From an uncultured bacterium (GTDB lineage: Bacteria; Verrucomicrobiota; Verrucomicrobiia; Verrucomicrobiales; DEV007), in NCBI GenBank assembly GCA_963977015.1, contig CAXBMO010000031.1:1-64000 (forward strand): a stretch of 64,000 bases of DNA, read 5' to 3'. Both the position numbers and the translations under genes were made by a program. Positions 57,436 to 64,000 of the stretch are shown here, in pieces. How positions within the stretch are numbered: the first letter of the stretch is position 1; every line of letters begins with the position of its first letter. Under the pieces are notes generated by a model. That model saw only the letters and a program-made list of their open reading frames with translations, was not told the DNA's origin and made no database searches.

Positions 57436-57674
57436 GATGAAAGCCGGACGCTAGATCGCCCCACCCGAGGATTCCAGTCGAATTTTTTGGCGTTAGATCG
57501 ACATTTTACCGAAATGCTGACCGGATTTCCTCTGGCGTGAATAAATCGGGAAATGCAGATCTTCTGCGGCACCAGTTGTAGTTGTGAGGTCGCCGCGATC
57601 GAGGATTTGGCGATCGGGAGCTAAGAAGTTGCTGTCGATCAACGTAGCTGCCGCAGTTTGCTAAAGATGGTGAA

Positions 57675-57697
57675 CTGAGGCGGGACGCCTCAGCTAC
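57675..57697 (-). repeat. Single GTAG-type REP downstream of rnr
   Basis: Minus strand GTAG-CTGAGGCG-TCC-CGCCTCAG. Confidence 0.6.
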
Positions 57698-57705
57698 AAT
57701 CAACG

Positions 57706-59937
57706 CTACTTGCGTCGCCGGCGCTTGGCGCCCGCAGCGTTGGCTTTCTTTGCCTTGGGCCAGTTGGAACTCTTGCGCTTGGACTTGCCGGAATCGCGGC
57801 GCGGCGATCGCGAGGATCTGCCGCGCTTGACCTTGGGCCCCTTGTTGACCAGGCGGAAGTCGACCTGTTTTTTGAAGCTATCGACCTTGGCGACTTCAAC
57901 CTCGATCAAATCCCCCAACCGAATGACGCGTTTACTCGCCCGGCCGCGAACTTCGCCCCGCGTGGGCTCAAAGTCGTAGAAGTCATCATCCAACAGGGAA
58001 AGCGGCACCAATCCCCGCATTCCAAGATCGGGAACATCGACGAAGATGCCAAAGTTTCGAACATCCGTAACCAATGCGCTGTATGGCTGCGGGTTCTCTG
58101 CATTGATCTGGGCCTGGAGGTAGGCAAACATCTTGACCGATTTACTGTCGCGCTCAGCATCGGACGAGTTGCGCTCCGTGCCGGAGATGTGATCGGCAAT
58201 GCGGATGAGCGTTTTCTCGTTGCCCGCCTTTTTTTCGAAGAGGCTGCGATGGACGATGAGGTCGGCGTAACGCCGAATGGGTGAGGTGAAATGGGTATAC
58301 CGCTGCTTGGCAAGTCCGTAGTGGCCCAAGGATTGAACGGAGTAGCGTGCCCGCATGAGCGACTTGAGAAAGCCGATTTTGAGAGCGGGACCGATGGGAA
58401 GTTTCCCGAGTCGACCAAGCAGCTTCCGCACTTCTTCCGCCTTCTCGAGATTACCGCATCGAATGTTATGACTAAGCACTTCTTCACGATACTCGACGAG
58501 GCGCTTGCCATCGGGTTCCTCGTGCACGCGGTGAATGGTGGGGCGCTTGAGTTTGAGCAACCGGCCGGCGACGGCTTCATTGGCGAGGAGCATGAATTCC
58601 TCAATGAGTTGGTGCGAGACGTCATTGTCGACTTTCTCGATCTTGAGGACTTTGCCGTGATCGTCGAGGCGAATCTTGGTTTCGGGAAAGTCGAGATCGA
58701 GGGAACCTGCATCAAAGCGCAGCTTGCGAATCCGCTGCGAGAGCTTGCCCGCCATTTGGAGCATGCGCTCGATTTCGGAGGTGGCTTTGCCTTCGAGAAC
58801 GGTTAACGCCTCCTCATAACTGAAGCGCTGCTTGGAATGAATGACGGCAGGGTAACAACGCGAGTTCATGACCTTCCCGTTCTCGTTAATGAGGAATTCG
58901 ACGCACTTGGTGAGGCGATCGACGTGAGGTTTCAGCGAGCAGAGTTCGTTGCTGAGGGCCTCGGGGAGCATGGGAATAACGCGATCGACGAGGTAGGTGG
59001 AATTTCCGCGACTGCGCGCCTCCGCATCGAGAGCGGAGCCAGGCTTCACATAATGGGAAACGTCCGCAATGTGAACCCACAGCTTCCATTGCTTCGACTC
59101 AGTCTGCTTGAGGAAGAAGGCGTCATCAAAGTCCTTCGCGTCCGCCGGATCGATGGTGATAACGTTGTGGGATCGGCAATCGGTGCGCCCTTCGCAGTCC
59201 TTTTCGGAAACCTCGGCGCCATAACCCTTGACCTCCTGCAGCACTTTGGGCGGGAACTTGAGAGGAAGATCGTACTGCCGAAGCACGGCCAACATATCCA
59301 CCCCTTCCTCCGTCGGTGGTCCCAACACTTCGGTAATGGTCCCTTCAGGATTGGTATGACGCGAGAGCCATTCCCCAAGCTGAACGACGACCTTGTCCCC
59401 CACCCTGGCCTCACGCCCAACATCGCGAGCAGGCGGGACATAGATATCGTGCGGCATGCGTGGATCATCCGGCACCACAAAGAGAAACTCCTTGCTGCGT
59501 TGCAACGTTCCCACGATTTGACTGCGCTTTCGCTCGAGCACACGAACAACGCTGCCCTTGTCAGTCTCGCCTACTTTGGCCCGTAAGCCGCGTGGGCGAA
59601 CGTCGCGCCGCACCAGAACATGATCGTCGTGAAGGGCCGTGCCGGTCGCCCGTTCCGGAATCGCAATCTCGCCAAGCCCCGGCTCGTCCGGCATGAGGAA
59701 GCCGCGTCCGGATTGGGTGATTTGGATGCGACCGGGAATCAGGTCTGCTTCATTGGGGAGAATGTAGCGATTCCCCTTGATCCGCGCGACGCGGCCCAGT
59801 TGCTCCAACTCGCGCAATGCTTTCTGCAGCGTCTGCTGTTGGTTGCGCGGCAAACTCAGGCCACGCAGAAGTTCCGGAACATTGGCCGGCACATAGTCTT
59901 TGCGACCCAGGAACTTCAGGATTTTTTCTTCTATCAT
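57706..59937 (-). CDS. rnr: Ribonuclease R
   Basis: TIDPADAKDFDDA, HIADVSHYV, LIEEFMLLAN, HFTSPIRRYADL, S1 domain, basic tail. Confidence 0.93.
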   Translation of the reverse strand: MIEEKILKFLGRKDYVPANVPELLRGLSLPRNQQQTLQKALRELEQLGRVARIKGNRYILPNEADLIPGRIQITQSGRGFLMPDEPGLGEIAIPERATGTALHDDHVLVRRDVRPRGLRAKVGETDKGSVVRVLERKRSQIVGTLQRSKEFLFVVPDDPRMPHDIYVPPARDVGREARVGDKVVVQLGEWLSRHTNPEGTITEVLGPPTEEGVDMLAVLRQYDLPLKFPPKVLQEVKGYGAEVSEKDCEGRTDCRSHNVITIDPADAKDFDDAFFLKQTESKQWKLWVHIADVSHYVKPGSALDAEARSRGNSTYLVDRVIPMLPEALSNELCSLKPHVDRLTKCVEFLINENGKVMNSRCYPAVIHSKQRFSYEEALTVLEGKATSEIERMLQMAGKLSQRIRKLRFDAGSLDLDFPETKIRLDDHGKVLKIEKVDNDVSHQLIEEFMLLANEAVAGRLLKLKRPTIHRVHEEPDGKRLVEYREEVLSHNIRCGNLEKAEEVRKLLGRLGKLPIGPALKIGFLKSLMRARYSVQSLGHYGLAKQRYTHFTSPIRRYADLIVHRSLFEKKAGNEKTLIRIADHISGTERNSSDAERDSKSVKMFAYLQAQINAENPQPYSALVTDVRNFGIFVDVPDLGMRGLVPLSLLDDDFYDFEPTRGEVRGRASKRVIRLGDLIEVEVAKVDSFKKQVDFRLVNKGPKVKRGRSSRSPRRDSGKSKRKSSNWPKAKKANAAGAKRRRRK

Positions 59938-60101
59938 AAATACAAACTTCTTTCAAAACCCCGCCCTACAGCAGCACCAATATGGCCTTCCACTGATTCC
60001 ACAATCCCGAAGTCATGCCACGATGAAACGAAAACGGCATTCGGGATTGCCCTTGGGCGATGTTTGATGCCCCGGGCGGGGTGGGTTAGCAAAGCTGCCG
60101 T

Positions 60102-60223
60102 CTCTGGTCTTGGAATGGAACCAAAGAACGAACGGACTTAGGCATTCATCTTCAGTCAGTTACAACTGAGTCGCATCCCAAAAACCCCACTGAACATCCT
60201 TGAAGTTGACAAATTTGTTGTCA
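60102..60223. mobile_element. Decayed att site, homologous to 63203-63326
   Basis: Collinear similarity including TTGGA.T.GAACCAA.GA.C, AGTTACAACTGA, ACTGAACA and GTTGACAAA.TTGTTGTCA. Confidence 0.75.
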
Positions 60224-60486
60224 GTAGCATTCGCGGCAGGGTTGGCTTTGCTCATTAATCTCCCCACGATCAAATAGCCTCGTTCAGCAGCAAAGGCCAA
60301 TGGAATTACCAATTCACTGATCAAAAGGCCAAGTAATCTCTAGATCGGAGAGACTCGTGAAGAAGGAAAGGACAACTCCCCTGCCCCATCGGACAATCGA
60401 GGTTTCTGCATCGCTGATGATTGCAAACGACAAGCCTGAACGCTGCAATTTGCACACATTTGCCCGCTTTCGGCAAGGAACGCACC

Positions 60487-60502
60487 TGGCACAGAACCTG
60501 CA
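60487..60502 (+). promoter_or_regulatory. Sigma54-like -24/-12 promoter
   Basis: TGGCAC-AGAAC-CTGCA compared with consensus TGGCAC-N5-TTGCW. Confidence 0.5.
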
Positions 60503-60673
60503 CTTTAACCAGCCATGAGCACAAACCCCCAGGAAATCGTCCATCCAATGAACGCGCATTCCGCAGACCGGTTCATGGACTCAATCCAGTTCGACGAAAC
60601 GCTGGAATCGCTGAACGGCGACCATGCCATCGAACGAAATCGCATCTCCAACAAGAACTGAACTGCCACGCTC

Positions 60674-62218
60674 ATGCCCGGTTTTCGCCTCCAATGGCTC
60701 GAAAGCGCAAACAACCGAGTCGCTACCTGGCTGGCGGGGTTTGCGCGGACTTTTCCACGCACCGCCCGATTTGCCGGAATCCTCAGACAACGCCGTCGCC
60801 CCGTTATGATTCTGTTCTTCATCATCCTGCACATCACCGGCTTCATCATGTCGATCCAGGCCGTGATGCAGTCGCGAAGCGAGCAGGGGGCCAGCGCGTG
60901 GGCCATCTCACTCAACACCGTCCCGCTCTTTGCCGTGCCCGCTTGGATTGTTTTTGGTGACAGCGACTTCGACTACGCAGCGGCGCGAACCGCCGGGCTG
61001 GAAAAGGTGCGCCCCATCGCCGAGCGCCTGATCGAAAACCTGGAAAAAGCGGAAGCGTCCACGGCCAGCAATCACCCGACGATGGAGATCCTGGAAAAGG
61101 TGGCTTCCCTACCCACGATGCGGGGAAATCACGCTGATTTGTTGGTCGATGGAAAGAACACCTTCAAATCCATTTTCGATGCAGTCGAACAAGCTCAGAA
61201 CTATGTATTGGTTCAGTTTTTCTCGATCCGGGACGACGGTCTGGGACGCGATTTGCGCGATCTGCTGATTCGCAAGTCCCGCGAGGGAGTCCGCGTTTTC
61301 GTCCTCACCGATGACGTGGGAAGCTGGGGCCTACCGGACTCCTACCTGGCCGAACTGCACGACGCCGGGATCAAGGCTGGCCGTTTTATGGACCAGGAAG
61401 GCGGCGCGACCCGCTTTCAGCTAAACTACCGAAACCACCGGAAGATCGTCGTCATCGATGGCAAAATCGCCTTTCTCGGAGGGCACAACCTGGGAGATGA
61501 ATATCTGGGTAAACATCCCCGCCTCACCCCTTGGCGCGACAGCCACATGCGCCTAACCGGCCCCATCGTCAAAGCAGTGCAAATTCCCTTCGTGGAGGAC
61601 TGGCACTGGTCCACCGGCGACCTCCTGGATGACCTGGACTGGGACATTGGACCAGATGACTTCACCGGCGAAATGGAGGCGATTTGCCTGCCCTCCGGTC
61701 CCGCCGATCCCATCGAAACATGCTCCCTGTTTTTCCTCACCGCGATCAACAACGCCCGGGAGCGTGTCTGGCTCGCCTCTCCCTACTTTGTGCCGGACGA
61801 CAAAATCGTAAACGCCCTCCAGCTCGCTGCGATACGAGGCGTGGACGTTCGGGTGCTCATGCCGTCAATCATTGACAACCAGATGGTCCACTACTCCTCC
61901 TTCTCCTACCTGGAGCCAATGGACCAGGCCGGAGTCAAAACCTACCGCTATTTGGACGGTTTTATGCACCAAAAAGTGGTTCTGATCGACGACGACATTG
62001 CCGCGATCGGCTCGGCGAATCTGGATAACCGCTCATTCCGGCTTAACTTCGAAGTCACTGGAATCGTCCACGACAAAGCCTTCGCTGCGGAGGTGGAAGA
62101 GATGCTGCTCGAAGATCTGAAGAAGTGCGAGCCCGCCACCAAAGAAGATTACCTCGACAAGAATTTCTACTTTCGTCTGAAGGTGAGGCTTGCGCGCCTG
62201 CTCTCTCCAATCCAATAG
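60674..62218 (+). CDS. cls: Cardiolipin synthase
   Basis: Two HKD motifs (NHRKIVVIDG, MHQKVVLIDD), SPYFVPD, GSANLDNRS; start uncertain. Confidence 0.92.
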   Translation: MPGFRLQWLESANNRVATWLAGFARTFPRTARFAGILRQRRRPVMILFFIILHITGFIMSIQAVMQSRSEQGASAWAISLNTVPLFAVPAWIVFGDSDFDYAAARTAGLEKVRPIAERLIENLEKAEASTASNHPTMEILEKVASLPTMRGNHADLLVDGKNTFKSIFDAVEQAQNYVLVQFFSIRDDGLGRDLRDLLIRKSREGVRVFVLTDDVGSWGLPDSYLAELHDAGIKAGRFMDQEGGATRFQLNYRNHRKIVVIDGKIAFLGGHNLGDEYLGKHPRLTPWRDSHMRLTGPIVKAVQIPFVEDWHWSTGDLLDDLDWDIGPDDFTGEMEAICLPSGPADPIETCSLFFLTAINNARERVWLASPYFVPDDKIVNALQLAAIRGVDVRVLMPSIIDNQMVHYSSFSYLEPMDQAGVKTYRYLDGFMHQKVVLIDDDIAAIGSANLDNRSFRLNFEVTGIVHDKAFAAEVEEMLLEDLKKCEPATKEDYLDKNFYFRLKVRLARLLSPIQ

Positions 62219-62228
62219 CCTGGTCGCC

Positions 62229-63128
62229 ATGAAATCCGACTCCAGCCCTTGGCGAAAAATCGTGCTCCGGGCGGTGCTCTTTGTGCTCGGTGGCGTTCTG
62301 GGTTGGATCGTGGATCTGGCGGGAAGACAGGACACGATTTTCAGACCTTCCCGGCTAACAGACGCGGCGGGAAAGATCGGTCCCGAAGTGAACCTGCTGA
62401 CCTGGAACATCCTGCGCGGCAAGGACGAGCGCTGGATGGGTGCGCCCTGGAGTTTGCGCCAACCCAGGTTTGCCGAAGCGCTCCGCGACCGCGATTTCGA
62501 CGTCGTTTGTCTTCAGGAAGCCCTTCCGGATCAAATCCGATTTTTCGAGAGCTTGTTCGTCGACTACCAACGCGTCAGCCGGAGTCGGGACGGGGGCGAG
62601 GACGACGAGCATTGTCCCATTTTCGTGAAAAAGAGCAGGTTTGAAGTCGCGGATTCCGGCACCTTTTGGTTCAGCCCGACCCCGGACGTCCCCGGCCTCG
62701 GGTGGGGCGAACGAGTCCCGCGAATTTGCACTTGGGCCGAGCTTTCCGATCGTCAAACCGGGTTCCGTTTCCGGATTTACAACGTGCATCTTCACCTTCA
62801 TCCGGTCGGCCAAATCCGGGCCGCCAAGTTGCTGGCCGAGCGGATCGAAGTCGTCCAAGTGCCCGTCATTGTTGCCGGTGACTTCAACTCCCCGGCGACG
62901 TGGCGCCCGGTGCGGATCTTGCGCCGAACCGGCCTGCGCGAAGCCGACATTTCCGGCGCACTAACCTACATCATGCGGGACAAATCAGTTCGTCGGCTCG
63001 ACCACATTTTGATCGACAATTCCTGGGATGTTCTGGACGGTGAAATCGTGAAACTCGCCACCCCCGGCGTCGCGCCTTCCGATCATCTGGGGCTCACAGC
63101 GAGGCTGGTGAATGTCGCTGCAGAGTAA
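62229..63128 (+). CDS. Endonuclease/exonuclease/phosphatase family protein
   Basis: TWNI, LQE, AGDFN, LDHI, PSDH. Confidence 0.9.
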   Translation: MKSDSSPWRKIVLRAVLFVLGGVLGWIVDLAGRQDTIFRPSRLTDAAGKIGPEVNLLTWNILRGKDERWMGAPWSLRQPRFAEALRDRDFDVVCLQEALPDQIRFFESLFVDYQRVSRSRDGGEDDEHCPIFVKKSRFEVADSGTFWFSPTPDVPGLGWGERVPRICTWAELSDRQTGFRFRIYNVHLHLHPVGQIRAAKLLAERIEVVQVPVIVAGDFNSPATWRPVRILRRTGLREADISGALTYIMRDKSVRRLDHILIDNSWDVLDGEIVKLATPGVAPSDHLGLTARLVNVAAE

Positions 63129-63199
63129 TCGCTGAGTCAGGATGAAAAATGCCAATTCCCGAAGCTCTAGTGTATCCCCGAATATCCCCGTTATGAAAA

Positions 63200-63240
63200 T
63201 GGCTCCGGATGTTGGATTCGAACCAACGACCTAATGGATT
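63200..63240 (-). tRNA. 3' half of a tRNA (probably Asn); duplicated att core, not a full gene
   Basis: Minus strand AATCCATTAGGTCGTTGGTTCGAATCCAACATCCGGAGCCA: T-arm and CCA end present, 5' half absent. Confidence 0.8.
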
Positions 63241-63344
63241 TTATATGCTCATTATCAATGAGTTACAACTGAAACATCACCGTAGAACACTACTGAACAC
63301 CCTCGGTGTTGACAAAATTGTTGTCAATCTTATTCTTGGTTTGG

Positions 63345-64000
63345 ATGGCTTCAGTTTACAAAAGAAAAGGATCTCCTTATTATCAAGTAGCCTATTTCAC
63401 TAGCGCGGGCGAGAGGAAATACCGCTCCACCGGTCAGAAGACGAAGAATGCCGCCTTGGAAGTGGCAGTTCAATGGGAGAAAGAAGAAAATCGAGCAAGG
63501 GCCGAAAAGCGAAGGCTTCAACCTGAGATTGCTGATGTCATTACGAAAGCAGCTCGGCTTGCCAATGAAGGGCGACTTACAATCGATCGAACAAGAAACT
63601 TTCTCCTTCAGCTTTACGAGCTCTCTTCAGGAGAATCATTTCCCGACTACAGCATTGAGGGATGGTTGGAACACTGGCTAGAAACTCAGCGGCAGCTGGT
63701 CAAAACAAAGAGCATCCAAAGGTATCAAAATTCGATTAGTGACGTGATTAAAGCTTTGGGAAGCAAGGCCACAAAGAGTATCGAACTCTTAACAACGGAA
63801 GATGTTGAAGATGTTCAGACCAATCTGAGCAAATCCAGAAAATCGGAAGAAGGGACAAAGAAAAAAGCCGCCAAAGCCTCTACCCTGAATTATAAGCTTC
63901 AAGACTTCAAGTCTGCAATAACTGCGGCATATGAGCAGGGCCTATTGGACCGCGATGTAGGCAAACCGGTCCGTTACTTGAAGAAAAACGACAGCGAGGT
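63345..64000 (+). CDS. Tyrosine recombinase/integrase, N-terminal part (runs off the window)
   Basis: MASVYKRKGSPYYQVAYFTSAGERKYRSTG...WLEHWLE...RYQNSI...TTEDVE...STLNYKLQDFKSAI..AYEQGLL: arm-binding and core-binding pattern beside an att site; catalytic domain not visible. Confidence 0.75.
   Translation, partial: MASVYKRKGSPYYQVAYFTSAGERKYRSTGQKTKNAALEVAVQWEKEENRARAEKRRLQPEIADVITKAARLANEGRLTIDRTRNFLLQLYELSSGESFPDYSIEGWLEHWLETQRQLVKTKSIQRYQNSISDVIKALGSKATKSIELLTTEDVEDVQTNLSKSRKSEEGTKKKAAKASTLNYKLQDFKSAITAAYEQGLLDRDVGKPVRYLKKNDSE

Noticed and set aside
63200-63280. Intact tRNA gene
   Set aside because: Similarity stops at the anticodon loop; the D-arm and 5' acceptor strand are missing.

Overview
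High-GC bacterial chromosome segment. The gene content (three sulfatases, PQQ-type propeller, SYLF protein, HscA-like Hsp70, double-PrkA cluster) suggests a PVC-group organism, probably Verrucomicrobiota; this is inference. Most of the window is ordinary metabolic, transport and stress genes. The main accessory or unusual elements are: (1) a secreted thioredoxin-like gene split by one in-frame TGA in a C-x7-(TGA)-P-G context, a probable unannotated selenoprotein (8218-9279); (2) a four-helix-bundle gene inside a sugar operon, enclosed by a perfect 18-bp inverted repeat of GAAGGAT heptamers, plus a gene-less heptamer palindrome at 33.6 kb; (3) an integrase-less integron cassette array (26.47-29.46 kb) with three attC sites, HEPN-type cargo (DUF4145-like; a DUF5343-like + Swt1-HEPN-like pair) and a 5'-truncated group IIC intron inserted exactly in an attC R'' box; (4) a Septu/PtuAB-like ATPase+HNH pair and a ParE-type toxin-antitoxin pair; (5) an IS200/REP-associated HUH transposase with two dispersed REP-like families; (6) a tRNA 3' fragment (att site) followed by an integrase at the right edge, and a decayed copy of the same att region 3.1 kb upstream that brackets an older island. 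Family names come from motif recognition, not from database searches.
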